The position numbers and the translations under genes are program-made. Below the pieces are notes generated by a model, which had not been told where the DNA came from, did not search any database, and saw only the letters and a program-made list of their open reading frames with translations. A DNA stretch of 64,000 nucleotides from an uncultured bacterium (GTDB lineage: Bacteria > Armatimonadota > JACIXR01): NCBI GenBank assembly GCA_938041455.1, contig CALITO010000023.1, positions 370 through 64,369 on the forward strand, read 5' to 3'. The first letter of the stretch is position 1; each line of letters starts with the position of its first letter. Positions 41,862 to 51,491 of this stretch are shown piece by piece.

Positions 41862-42923
41862 TCACATTTTTTCTATCTCCCCCAGAAGTTTCTCTACTGC
41901 TTCCGAGAAGGAGACGGTCTTAATGGGTTTCCCCCGAAGGAATAAAACAGCCGAGCTCTTCCCAAAAGCAAGACCTATATCGGCGTCCTTCGCTTCTCCC
42001 GGACCATTGACCTCACATCCCATCACGGCTACCTTTAGGGGACGAGGGGGGAGCTTTTCCAATTCGCTCTTAACTTCCCTCACTAACTCTATCAGGGGAA
42101 CAGCGCAGCGAGCGCACATAGGGCAGGATACTATAATGAACCCCCGCTCCCTTATATTGAGGCTCTGCAATATCTCCCAAGCTACCTCCACTTCTTTCAC
42201 TCCCTCGGCGGTCAGAGATACCCTAATAGTATCACCCAATCCCTTACCCAAAAGAATTCCCAATCCTACCGCTGACCTTATCGCCCCCTCGGGCATAGGT
42301 CCCGCTTCAGTTATACCAATATGAAGGGGGTAATCCCTCATTTGGGAAAAATACTCGTAGGCTTCCACGGTGGTTTGTATGTCAAAAGCCTTTAGGGAAA
42401 CAACGATGTCCTCAAATTCAAGCTCCTCAAGTAGAGAGATTTCCCTCATAGCTACTTCCACCATCGCCTCAGCTGGAGAGCGAGGATATTTCTCCAACAC
42501 ATCCTTGGGGAAAGAGCCGGCGTTAACACCGATGCGAATTGGGATCCCTTTCCCTTTTGCCATCTTCACTATTTCCTTTACACCTTCTCTACTCCCGATT
42601 GTGCCTGGGTTAATTCTTATCTTATCCACGCCCTTCTCCATAGCCTTTATCGCAAGGCGCCAATGAAAATGGATATCTGCAACGAGAGGAATAGAGATCC
42701 TCTCCTTAATATAGGGGATAGCCTCTATAGATGGCTCATCGGGGACCGCTATTCTCACTATCTCGCAACCCGCCCCTTCCAATCGCTTTATCTCCTCTAC
42801 AACTTTCTGCCCATCCCTGGTAGGGGAACGAGTCATAGACTGGACCCTAATGGGATTCTCCCCACCTATCTTTATATTGCCTATCTTCACCTCCTTCGTC
42901 CGTCTCTTTCTTAGAGAGTTCAT
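41862..42923 (-). CDS. ispG: HMBPP synthase
   Basis: VQSMT, PLVADIHF, IRINPG, IRIGVNAGS, YPLHIGITEAG, GDTIRVSL, SCPMCARC, MGCEVNGPGE. Confidence 0.98.
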   Translation of the reverse strand: MNSLRKRRTKEVKIGNIKIGGENPIRVQSMTRSPTRDGQKVVEEIKRLEGAGCEIVRIAVPDEPSIEAIPYIKERISIPLVADIHFHWRLAIKAMEKGVDKIRINPGTIGSREGVKEIVKMAKGKGIPIRIGVNAGSFPKDVLEKYPRSPAEAMVEVAMREISLLEELEFEDIVVSLKAFDIQTTVEAYEYFSQMRDYPLHIGITEAGPMPEGAIRSAVGLGILLGKGLGDTIRVSLTAEGVKEVEVAWEILQSLNIRERGFIIVSCPMCARCAVPLIELVREVKSELEKLPPRPLKVAVMGCEVNGPGEAKDADIGLAFGKSSAVLFLRGKPIKTVSFSEAVEKLLGEIEKM

Positions 42924-43849
42924 TTTAACGATAACCCTATCTTCTCTAAAACCTCCCTAGCCACATTGCCCATAAGGGCGACGCTATACTCTTTTATTCG
43001 GAGCAAAACCACTTCTTGCTCATAATGGCCAAATAAAGGAGGATGCCTCCAGGGATGGATTGTTTCCATTATTGTTATAGGGTTTAAGCCATCGGTTAGG
43101 TGAATTATCGCTGCCCTCTGTCTTCCTGCGAATAGGGGGCGGATGTGGAGAAGGGTGTAGCCCGGGGGAAGATAAGAAGGAAGGAGGGGAAGGAAGCCGA
43201 GGAGACGCTTGAGCTCCTCAGGAGTGTAATCCCTGGGTTTAACGAGTGGTCTGGGAACCTCAAATTCCTTTTCCTCAAAGGTGGGGTTGAGCTGGAGAGA
43301 TAGGAGGGCGACGGAAGAAATTAATTTTCCTTGAGGGGAATAGCGCTCCGTCTTAAGACGGATGCCTGTTTCCTTATCCACCCAAACCTTGAGGTAACCT
43401 CCCTTCACATAAGTTGGTTCTATCAGGAAGATTTTCGCCGTTCGCCCTATGATTTGCTCCTCTCCTCTCAAGTTCACCTTGGCGCTTTTGAAAAGGAGCT
43501 CCTTATGAATATCCTCCATACTCTCCCCTGGAGCAAAGTAAAGGAAATGTGTCTTCTTACCCTTTGGGGGTATGATAGCAACACTTTCCCTCTCCCATAC
43601 CATAACATAGCCTGTGAAAGTTGGAGGGGAAAGGAATTCAAGACGCGTTTTATCCGGTTGAGCTTTCTTTAACACCACTTCGAAGCGGAGAACCCCAACT
43701 TTTGTGTAGAGCGAATAAACCTGCTTCCCCTGCCATTCCATTTTCTTCTCTTTTTCTAACGCTTGACGGAGTTGGGATAAAGGGTTCTGGGATAGCGCTA
43801 AAGTAGTAAAGAGTAAAAGAACGAATAGCCAAAATTTACCTTGTCTCAT
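42920..43849 (-). CDS. RseB/MucB-like (LolA-fold) sigma-E regulatory protein
   Basis: Signal peptide; PDKTRLEFLSP, WVDKETGIRLKTE, PSYLPPGY, TDGL; follows the anti-sigma gene. Confidence 0.8.
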   Translation of the reverse strand: MRQGKFWLFVLLLFTTLALSQNPLSQLRQALEKEKKMEWQGKQVYSLYTKVGVLRFEVVLKKAQPDKTRLEFLSPPTFTGYVMVWERESVAIIPPKGKKTHFLYFAPGESMEDIHKELLFKSAKVNLRGEEQIIGRTAKIFLIEPTYVKGGYLKVWVDKETGIRLKTERYSPQGKLISSVALLSLQLNPTFEEKEFEVPRPLVKPRDYTPEELKRLLGFLPLLPSYLPPGYTLLHIRPLFAGRQRAAIIHLTDGLNPITIMETIHPWRHPPLFGHYEQEVVLLRIKEYSVALMGNVAREVLEKIGLSLK

Positions 43850-44298
43850 TCTTCACCGGAAATCAAGAGGATTTTAACCACTGAATCGCCTGAAATCAGA
43901 GGGTTCTGCAATGTATAGATGAGATGTTCCCTCCTATAGGTATCAAAGAGTGCTTCCTCACTTATCCTACCTGCATGGATGTAGAGGAATATAAAAATAA
44001 GCAAGGCAAGGGGTAAAAGAAAGAGCAGGGCTCTTTTAGCGAGACGGAGTGGAAGAAAGGGGCGGAGAGTTTTCCTTTCTCTCTGGTGTATTTTTCTCAA
44101 GACTAGCGAATTAAAGGACGGGCTTAATTGAGGCGTTGGGAGGGAAGCGATTAGTTTTTTCAGCTTTTGGTTTTCCCTATAAAACCGCATACAAGAGGGA
44201 CAGCAAGCCAGGTGAGCGAGCAAGGCTTCCCTCGCCTCTTCTGTTATCTCCTCATCTAATAGTTCCTGGGAGAGAATCCTCGCCTTTTTACAATTCAT
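43846..44298 (-). CDS. zinc-binding (zf-HC2) anti-sigma factor
   Basis: MNC...HLACCPSC (HxxxCxxC); one TM helix. Confidence 0.9.
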   Translation of the reverse strand: MNCKKARILSQELLDEEITEEAREALLAHLACCPSCMRFYRENQKLKKLIASLPTPQLSPSFNSLVLRKIHQRERKTLRPFLPLRLAKRALLFLLPLALLIFIFLYIHAGRISEEALFDTYRREHLIYTLQNPLISGDSVVKILLISGEE

Positions 44299-44866
44299 CT
44301 TTCTCATCCTCCAGAATATCGCGGAGTTTTTCCCGCAACATCTTGCGAGCATTAAACAGACGAGATTTAACCGTCCCCAAAGAACAGCGAAGCAGGCGGG
44401 CTATCTCTTCGTAGCTAAAGCCTTGTAGATCCCGTAGGGTTATCGCCTCCCTTAGTTCAATAGGTAAAGAGGTAATCTCCTTCTCTAACCGTTTCCGCAA
44501 CTCCTCTCGCTCCAAATTACCTTCCACTTCGGCATCCCCTGCGTCCGCGAAGAATTCTCGGTCACCTTCCAAAGAATCCAAAGAAATTGTATGTTTTCTT
44601 TTAGCTAACCGTTCGTTATCTCTTATCAAATTAAGAGCTATCTTGAAAAGCCAACTTTTGAATAAGCGGTTATCCTTGAGTTGGTATAGTGAGAGGTAAG
44701 CTCGCACAAAACTCTCCTGTGTTATATCCTCCGCATCCTCTTTTTGACGAAGGTTATGATAAACGAACCTAAACAAAGAATCTCTGTAGCGTTGGACCAG
44801 GATATCAAACGCCTCCTTCGCACCATTCTTACTGCGCAGAACTAAAACATCATCCGGCTCTTCCAC
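44288..44866 (-). CDS. ECF RNA polymerase sigma factor (RpoE/SigW type)
   Basis: DAEDITQESF, FKSWLFKIALN, GFSYEEIA...GTVKSRLFNAR; GTG start 44866. Confidence 0.95.
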   Translation of the reverse strand: MEEPDDVLVLRSKNGAKEAFDILVQRYRDSLFRFVYHNLRQKEDAEDITQESFVRAYLSLYQLKDNRLFKSWLFKIALNLIRDNERLAKRKHTISLDSLEGDREFFADAGDAEVEGNLEREELRKRLEKEITSLPIELREAITLRDLQGFSYEEIARLLRCSLGTVKSRLFNARKMLREKLRDILEDEKDEL

Positions 44867-44885
44867 GCAGGAACCTTCATTATTA

Positions 44886-44913
44886 TTGACGATAAAATCT
44901 GAAGATTTGTTCA
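44886..44913 (-). promoter_or_regulatory. ECF-type autoregulatory promoter
   Basis: Minus strand TGAAC-N17-CGTCAA immediately upstream of the sigma gene. Confidence 0.6.
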
Positions 44914-45021
44914 ATGTGTATTTAATTTTACAACAAATTGCCATTTGAAGCAAAAAGTTCTCGTTGTGGAATGATGTCGGAAGTTTGCTCGGGAAGGTTA
45001 TTTTGTATTAAAATAAATAAA

Positions 45022-45561
45022 ATGCAGGAGAAAATAGAGCATTCTCTTGCTTATAAAATCGTCAAGGATTTTGGGAGCTACATCGTTTGGGAAGCGAAGC
45101 TGAGCCCCTACTGGCGTTTTATGCTTGGCTTACCCTTCATACTTTTAGGCACCTTATTCTTATCTCCTATCTACTTCATCTATAAAAAGGGCTATCTGCC
45201 CTCGCTGACTGTTCTCTTCGTCCTCTCCTTGGGTATATTATTTATCTTAGCGGGGCTGGCAATTGTTGGCTCTTGGAAATCCCTTGTTTTAGATGGAGCC
45301 TTGGGAACGCTCACTCTTTATAAATACTTCCTATGGCGCCCCTTTACCCGCACCTGTTACTTCTCGGGAATAGAAGGAGTGGAAGTGATGAAAACCACAA
45401 GAGAATTTGTAGAAGAATCACTCCCCCAGGAGTATTACGAGATTAGACTCCTTTACGAGGGAACAAAGATTTCCCTAGACGGAAGCACCAACAAGGAGGA
45501 GGCTGGGGAGTTCGCGAAGAAGATAGCCCAGATGGTGGGTAGAGAGGTAAAATGGAATTGA
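45022..45561 (+). CDS. membrane protein (2 TM + soluble C-terminal domain)
   Basis: Two hydrophobic segments; overlaps the next gene. Confidence 0.6.
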   Translation: MQEKIEHSLAYKIVKDFGSYIVWEAKLSPYWRFMLGLPFILLGTLFLSPIYFIYKKGYLPSLTVLFVLSLGILFILAGLAIVGSWKSLVLDGALGTLTLYKYFLWRPFTRTCYFSGIEGVEVMKTTREFVEESLPQEYYEIRLLYEGTKISLDGSTNKEEAGEFAKKIAQMVGREVKWN

Positions 45562-46334
45562 GAGTTGGAGCATGTTTATCCTGGGAGCATGCTTATTTGC
45601 TCAAGGAAGCAGGTGGGGACTTCATAGAACTACCCCTTGCCAAAGTAGCACAGTTAGAAGAAAGCCATTTCGAGGAAGTATCCCAGAGTTTGTTTCTCCC
45701 CGCCGAGGTCTTTAACATCTTCCTCCCTCCTTCCCTTAGGATAGTAGGTGAGTATGTTGACTGGAAAATGGTAGAGAAGTATCTACAAATAGCATTTACA
45801 AGGGCTCAACAGTTGGGAGGTAAAGTCATAGTCTTTGGCTCGGGAGGAGCAAGAAGGGTACCTGAGAATTTCCCTAAGCGGAAGGCAGAGGAACAGATAC
45901 TGCTTTTCCTGTCATTGGCAAGCGATATAGCGGTAGATAAATCTTTTACCATTGCTGTAGAGCATCTAAATAGCTCTGAAACGAACACCATAAACAGCTT
46001 TGAAGAAGCCCTTCAACTGGTGGAAAAATTGGGGAGGGATAATGTGGGTGTATTAGCGGATATATACCATCTATTGAAGGAAGGTGAGGATTTAGAAGTG
46101 ATAAGGAAAGCAGGAGAGAAACTCCTTCATATTCACTTATCCGACCCGGAAAGGAATCCCCCACTTAAAGGGGAGAAGGTGGTCAAGGATTTTCTTCTCC
46201 TCTTGAAGGAAATGGGTTATAAAAATAGAATTTCTGTAGAATGCAGATGGAGCGACTTGGGGAAAGAACTTCCCAAGGTTATCCAGACATTAAAAAACCA
46301 ATGGAGGTGTGCCTATGAGCACTCTTTCCCTTGA
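45552..46334 (+). CDS. sugar phosphate isomerase/epimerase (ketose 3-epimerase-like)
   Basis: VFGSGGAR, VEHLNSSETN, DIYH, HIHLSD, SVEC. Confidence 0.88.
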   Translation: MELRVGACLSWEHAYLLKEAGGDFIELPLAKVAQLEESHFEEVSQSLFLPAEVFNIFLPPSLRIVGEYVDWKMVEKYLQIAFTRAQQLGGKVIVFGSGGARRVPENFPKRKAEEQILLFLSLASDIAVDKSFTIAVEHLNSSETNTINSFEEALQLVEKLGRDNVGVLADIYHLLKEGEDLEVIRKAGEKLLHIHLSDPERNPPLKGEKVVKDFLLLLKEMGYKNRISVECRWSDLGKELPKVIQTLKNQWRCAYEHSFP

Positions 46335-46941
46335 AGAGGTTTGGAACAAGACGGTTAAAGAAGTGAAGGAAAGGAATTTCTTTCCCCCCTTCTGGCAAGC
46401 TCTGGACTCTGTAGTTCCACTTTCCTTGGAGGAAGATCATATTGTTCTTGGCTTTAAACCCGGCACATTTCACCTGAGAACCCACATTGAAACAGGGAGC
46501 AACCGGCTTCTCATAGAGGAAGTGCTTTCCCGTTTGATGGGAAAACCCTACACCCTTAAGGTAGTGGAAGCTACTTCTGTTGAAGAATGGCAGGCGATAA
46601 GGGCAAAAGAGCAGAGAATAGAGGAAGTAGAGGTGGAGGAGTTTGCCAGACGAAAGGGGACGATGAACATTCTGAGGGAATGGGAAAGGTTTGTCCTCGA
46701 GTTGCATAGAATGTACTCCTCCCTTCCCCAAAGGAGTTTACCTCAAGTTAGGGCATATTTCCTTTATCAGGTTATGCCGCGCATTTTAGCCAAGAAGAAA
46801 GAACTTTACGCAGAGGATGAAGCTTCCAAAGAAACGAACGAGAAAGCCTTCGCCCGCCTTTTGGATAGGCTATCCTCATGGACAGGCGTTCCTAGTCCCC
46901 TAATCGCTTTAGAACTTTTGAAGAGGGAGAAGGAAGGATAG
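46315..46941 (+). CDS. hypothetical protein with DnaA domain I-like N-terminus
   Basis: LEEVWNKTVKEVKE...LDSVVPLSLEEDHIVLG...IEEVLSRLMGKPYTLKVV resembles DnaA_N; no AAA+ motifs. Confidence 0.55.
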   Translation: MSTLSLEEVWNKTVKEVKERNFFPPFWQALDSVVPLSLEEDHIVLGFKPGTFHLRTHIETGSNRLLIEEVLSRLMGKPYTLKVVEATSVEEWQAIRAKEQRIEEVEVEEFARRKGTMNILREWERFVLELHRMYSSLPQRSLPQVRAYFLYQVMPRILAKKKELYAEDEASKETNEKAFARLLDRLSSWTGVPSPLIALELLKREKEG

Positions 46942-46963
46942 ACAAAATTGCAAGTGCTGAGGA

Positions 46964-48982
46964 ATGTTTCTTTTCCCCCTTCTGCTATTCGCAATTTCTA
47001 ACGGCAATAGCATAAGCTGGTTAAAAGCCCACTTCATCGAGGGAACCTTGCCACCTTTCTCCTTTGTCTACAATGGACAACCCTCTCCTCAATTTATCAG
47101 GGAATGGGATTTCCAGCAAGAGAAAGTAAGGGAAAATTCAAGCAAAGGGGAGTGGCGTTTCACATATACCGACCCTAAAACGGGCTTACAAGTGCGTTGC
47201 GAGGTAACCATATTCAAGGATTTTCCCGTCCTGGAATGGGTGCTTAAATTCAAAAATACGGGGAAGGAAGATACACCAATCATAGCCAATATCCAGGCTT
47301 TGGATTGCCTCTTTAAGGGGAAAGGGGAAGCCATCTTACATTATGCAAAGGGAAGCAATGCCCAACGGGATGACTTCGCCCCCCTTCAAGAACCACTTAA
47401 ACCCAACACTTCCCTTAAGATAAGCCCCCTCGGTGGACGCTCCTCCAATACTACCGCTCTCCCTTTCTTCAATCTCCAAGTGGAGGAAATGGGAGGGGTA
47501 ATTATTGGGATAGGTTGGTCGGGGCAGTGGGCGTTATCGCTCGAAAGAAAAGAGGAAGGGGTAATTATAAAAGCAGGAATGGAACTCACTCATTTTAAAC
47601 TTCACCCAGGGGAGGAGATAAGAACTCCCCGCATAATGCTCCTCTTTTGGCAAGGTGAAGATTTTGTGGGGTCTCAAAATCTCCTCCGCAGGTTCCTAAT
47701 AGCTCATCATATTCCCAAAATAAATAACGAACCTGTTACATTGCCTTTCTCTTGTAGTTCCTCGGGCCCACCCGAGGAAGCTAACAAGGCAAGCGTAGAA
47801 AACCAGTTGGAGTTCGTTAAACCCTTTATCCAACACTACGGCGTGGAGTTCCTCTGGATAGATGCGGGGTGGTTTGAGGGGGGTTGGCCGAATGGGGTGG
47901 GGAACTGGTTTCCCCGTAAGGATGGGTTCCCTCAGGGATTTCGCCCTTTGACCGAAGCTATAAAGAAGATGGGAATGAAAGGGCTCATCCTGTGGTTTGA
48001 ACCGGAGAGAGTCTTTCAAGATAGCTGGTTAGACAAGGAGCACCCCAATTGGGTCCTCCGATTACCCGGCAATCCCAATGGGCTCCTGGACTTGGGGAAC
48101 GAGGAAGCATTGAAATGGCTTACCGAGCATATATCAAATATGATAGAAAGGGAAGGGATAAGCATATATAGACAGGATTTCAATATGGACCCGCTACCCT
48201 ATTGGCGTTTAGCTGACCCACCTGATAGGCAGGGAATAAGCGAGATTCGGCATATAGAGGGTTTGTATAGGCTTTGGGATGAGCTACTCAAGCGCCATCC
48301 TGGTTTGATAATAGATAACTGTGCTTCCGGGGGAAGGCGTATAGACCTTGAGACGCTTTCCCGAAGTGTTATGCTCTGGCGCACAGATTACCACTACTTC
48401 GAACCTAACGGTCAGCAGTGTCATCTATACGGGATAAGCTTCTACCTTCCCACAACTGCGACAAGCTGCGGCTACCCCAGCGCCTACCTCTTCCGAAGCG
48501 CTATGGGTAATGGAATGGGCATCTGGGTCCCCTGGAACCCCTCTGCTCCCTATGAAATATATCGCCAGTTTCTCCCCTCAATGGTAGATTGGGAACCTTC
48601 TCAACCTTTCCCTTTAGAATTAGCCAAGGGACTTATTGAAGAGTTTAAAAGGGCGCGGGATTTCTTCTACGGCGATTACTACCCGTTATCGCCCTATAAC
48701 ACATCTGACAATGCCTGGCTTGCTTACCAGTTTCACAGAGACGATTTGGGCGGAGGAATAATGCTCCTCTTCCGTAGGCAGAACTGCCCTCAGGAAGATT
48801 TTCTCCTCCAATTCAGGGGACTTGAAACAGATTCTCGTTATGAACTACTCATCAGCGACGATAGATTGTATAAAAAGAAGAGAATAATCAGGGGTAAACA
48901 ATTGATGGAAGGGATCACCTTGTCAGTCAAAGAATCCCCCGGTTCACTGCTCATCTTTTATAAAAGAGTTCCTGGAAAATGA
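46964..48982 (+). CDS. GH36 alpha-galactosidase
   Basis: WIDAGWF, GNW, LWFEPERV, RQDFN, IDNCASGGRRID. Confidence 0.9.
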   Translation: MFLFPLLLFAISNGNSISWLKAHFIEGTLPPFSFVYNGQPSPQFIREWDFQQEKVRENSSKGEWRFTYTDPKTGLQVRCEVTIFKDFPVLEWVLKFKNTGKEDTPIIANIQALDCLFKGKGEAILHYAKGSNAQRDDFAPLQEPLKPNTSLKISPLGGRSSNTTALPFFNLQVEEMGGVIIGIGWSGQWALSLERKEEGVIIKAGMELTHFKLHPGEEIRTPRIMLLFWQGEDFVGSQNLLRRFLIAHHIPKINNEPVTLPFSCSSSGPPEEANKASVENQLEFVKPFIQHYGVEFLWIDAGWFEGGWPNGVGNWFPRKDGFPQGFRPLTEAIKKMGMKGLILWFEPERVFQDSWLDKEHPNWVLRLPGNPNGLLDLGNEEALKWLTEHISNMIEREGISIYRQDFNMDPLPYWRLADPPDRQGISEIRHIEGLYRLWDELLKRHPGLIIDNCASGGRRIDLETLSRSVMLWRTDYHYFEPNGQQCHLYGISFYLPTTATSCGYPSAYLFRSAMGNGMGIWVPWNPSAPYEIYRQFLPSMVDWEPSQPFPLELAKGLIEEFKRARDFFYGDYYPLSPYNTSDNAWLAYQFHRDDLGGGIMLLFRRQNCPQEDFLLQFRGLETDSRYELLISDDRLYKKKRIIRGKQLMEGITLSVKESPGSLLIFYKRVPGK

Positions 48983-49097
48983 GCATTTTAGAGAGGAAAA
49001 CTCAAAATGTTTTGACTATCTGGCATAAATTTTTCTGGACGGTTTTATCATTTATAGGTAATATTCTTCAAAACTTTCATAAGGAGGTTATGTGGAG

Positions 49098-49283
49098 ATG
49101 AAAGTGAAAATCGACAGAGAGATGTGCATAGGCTGCGGACTTTGTGAGGAGAGCTGTCCGGAGGTATTCGCACTTGACGACGAGGGGAAAGCTTATGTTC
49201 TACCTGACGCCGACCTCTCGGATTGCGACTTGGAAGAGGTGGCTAACTCCTGCCCGGCAGATGCCATCACGGTTGAGGATTAA
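49098..49283 (+). CDS. monocluster ferredoxin
   Basis: CIGCGLC..CPEVF...CPADAI; SD AAGGAGG. Confidence 0.95.
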   Translation: MKVKIDREMCIGCGLCEESCPEVFALDDEGKAYVLPDADLSDCDLEEVANSCPADAITVED

Positions 49284-49316
49284 CCCTTCCTCCTTTTCGT
49301 TGAGAATGCCACAGAC

Positions 49317-49357
49317 CAACGAGCTGGACATCCAGCTCGTTGATCTTATGAGATCAA
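49317..49357. repeat. two overlapping inverted repeats
   Basis: CAACGAGCTGGA-CA-TCCAGCTCGTTG and TTGATCT-TATG-AGATCAA. Confidence 0.75.
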
Positions 49358-49375
49358 GCTTTATCATGTGAGAGA

Positions 49376-50971
49376 ATGCTTTATGGAAGGCAAAATTGCC
49401 CTGTTGAGATAGTTCTTGAGACTGCGAAGGCTTACGCTGACCCCTTCAACGACATAGAACTGGACCTATTATTCACAGATCCCGAGGGAAAGGAGCAGAA
49501 GGTTCCAGCCTTTTGGGCAGGGGGTGGATGCTGGAAGGTCCGTTACTCTTCCCCTAAGTTGGGACGCCACGAGTGGCGCTCCATCGCATCTGATCCTACT
49601 AACTCCGATCTCCACGACCGGAGGGGTTCTCTGGAAATTTTGCCTTACGAAGGGACTAACCCCCTCCTTCGCCACGGGCGTCTATGTGTGAGCGCTAATC
49701 GCAAGTTCCTCCAACACATAGATGGCACCCCTTTCTTTTGGCTAGCCGATACCTGGTGGATGGGCTTATGTAAAAGATGGAGCTTCCCGGGTGATTTTTC
49801 CACCCTCGTTGCGGATAGAGTCGGTAAAGGCTTTACCGTTATCCAGATTGTCGCTGGACTTTATCCCGATATGCCCCCGTTCGACGAAAGAGGTGCCAAC
49901 GAAGCGGGCTTCCCTTGGGAGGAAGGGTTCTCCCGTATCAACCCCTCCTATTTTGATATGGTTGACCTGCGCATCCATCATCTTGTCAAATCTGGACTTC
50001 TTCCTTGTGTTGTTGGTTGCTGGGGTTTTTATCTTCCTTGGTTGGGTATAGAGAAAATGAAAAAGCATTGGCGATACATCGTCGCCCGTTATGGTGCCTA
50101 TCCTGTGGTTTGGTGTCTGGCTGGAGAAGGGGTAATGCCTTATTATCTTTCCAAAGAACCCCAAAAGGAGAGTGAATTTCAGAAGAAAGGTTGGACAGAG
50201 GTCGCTCGCTATGTGAGGGAAATAGACCCCTATCATCATCCCATCACAATTCATCCCACAGACAGTGCTCGTAATCAACTGGAAGATCCCTCGCTACTTG
50301 ACATAGATATGCTTCAAACTGGACATAACGATAGGTGGAGCATTCCCAATACCATTCGGCTTCTCAACTCCTCTTATTCAGCCCAGCCGAAACTCCCCCT
50401 TATAAATGGGGAAGTCTGCTACGAGGGAATTGGTGAAGCTTGTAGGCAGGAAATACAAAGATTTATGTTTTGGGTTTCCTTTTTAGCCGGCGCTTGTGGG
50501 CATACTTATGGCGCGAATGGTATCTGGCAAGTTAACACAAAGGAGAAGCCATTCGGTCCCTCTCCCCATGGTATGTGTTGGGGTAACACCCCCTGGGAAG
50601 AAGCTTACCAACTCCCTGGTTCCTACCAATTAGGGTTAGCTAAGCGGTTACTTATGAGATATGAATGGTGGCGGTTTGAACCTCACCAGGATTGGGTCGA
50701 GCCCGCAGGCACGATGGAAAATTATAACGGGGGCTATGCAGGAGGAATTGAGAAGGAAGTGAGGGTTATATTCCTTCCCAGCGGCGTCTGGGGAGTAAAG
50801 GTAAAGGGATTGGAAAAGAATATTAAATATCGCGCCTTCCTCTTCAATCCAACCAATGGTGAAGAGTTGGAGATGGGCGAGGTAAGAGGGGATGGAGAAG
50901 GAAACTGGAAGCTTCCCGGGGTTCCCCCCATCTTTCAAGATTGGGTAGTTGTTTTAGAGGCTCAGCGGTAG
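49376..50971 (+). CDS. DUF5060/DUF4038 apiosidase-like glycoside hydrolase
   Basis: DGTPFFWLADTWW, YIVARYGAYPVVWCLAGE, TIHP, MLQTGH, GEVCYE, GHTYGANGIW. Confidence 0.85.
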   Translation: MLYGRQNCPVEIVLETAKAYADPFNDIELDLLFTDPEGKEQKVPAFWAGGGCWKVRYSSPKLGRHEWRSIASDPTNSDLHDRRGSLEILPYEGTNPLLRHGRLCVSANRKFLQHIDGTPFFWLADTWWMGLCKRWSFPGDFSTLVADRVGKGFTVIQIVAGLYPDMPPFDERGANEAGFPWEEGFSRINPSYFDMVDLRIHHLVKSGLLPCVVGCWGFYLPWLGIEKMKKHWRYIVARYGAYPVVWCLAGEGVMPYYLSKEPQKESEFQKKGWTEVARYVREIDPYHHPITIHPTDSARNQLEDPSLLDIDMLQTGHNDRWSIPNTIRLLNSSYSAQPKLPLINGEVCYEGIGEACRQEIQRFMFWVSFLAGACGHTYGANGIWQVNTKEKPFGPSPHGMCWGNTPWEEAYQLPGSYQLGLAKRLLMRYEWWRFEPHQDWVEPAGTMENYNGGYAGGIEKEVRVIFLPSGVWGVKVKGLEKNIKYRAFLFNPTNGEELEMGEVRGDGEGNWKLPGVPPIFQDWVVVLEAQR

Positions 50972-51402
50972 GGGTATATTTGCCTGAGAATTTTGCAAAG
51001 GTAATAGGCAGCGGGGAGACGAGGGAGAGTTAAGAGCGTTTGAAGGGCTATATTAGAATGATGTGCCCAAGATAGCCGAAGGTAAATAGCGAGCATAAGG
51101 GAACCGAAGCCGAGAATATATAAAGAGAGAGTGAGGAAGAAAGCCCCCCAATGTCTTGCCTTGCGGTAGAAGTCCAGCATCTCATAGAATACAAGAGCAG
51201 AACCCAGGAGGAAAATAATGGCAAGCCACTCAACGCCTGCTCGCTGAAAGACATCAGCGAAGGGGAAAAGCGCCAAGGAGAGGAGGCGCAAGCCGAGCCT
51301 CAATCCGCCAGCAAAGCTTCTTATCCCCTCCCCCTTGGGGGCCTCTTTTTTCCCCGGAATTCTCTCTAATCTTTCCTTTTTACGCTTTTTCTTCTTACTC
51401 AT
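50962..51402 (-). CDS. small membrane protein (about 4 TM)
   Basis: Basic N-terminus followed by four hydrophobic segments; upstream TTGACA-N17-AAGAAT. Confidence 0.6.
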   Translation of the reverse strand: MSKKKKRKKERLERIPGKKEAPKGEGIRSFAGGLRLGLRLLSLALFPFADVFQRAGVEWLAIIFLLGSALVFYEMLDFYRKARHWGAFFLTLSLYILGFGSLMLAIYLRLSWAHHSNIALQTLLTLPRLPAAYYLCKILRQIYPYR

Positions 51403-51491
51403 TTTGAATAATTCTTCCTCTCAAAGAAGCGGATGTCAAAGACTTTTAGGAGAAAAATGTTTATAATAAGGAGAAAAAGGAGGCGTTAAAG

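Noticed and set aside
30723-44953. Long N-terminal extensions in ORF-track calls (30723, 35108, 39947, 44352, 44938, 44953)
   Set aside because: They overlap neighbouring genes or promoters; downstream starts fit SD position and family N-termini better.
49340-49357. FNR/CRP site
   Set aside because: TTGAT and ATCAA are separated by 8 nt rather than 4.
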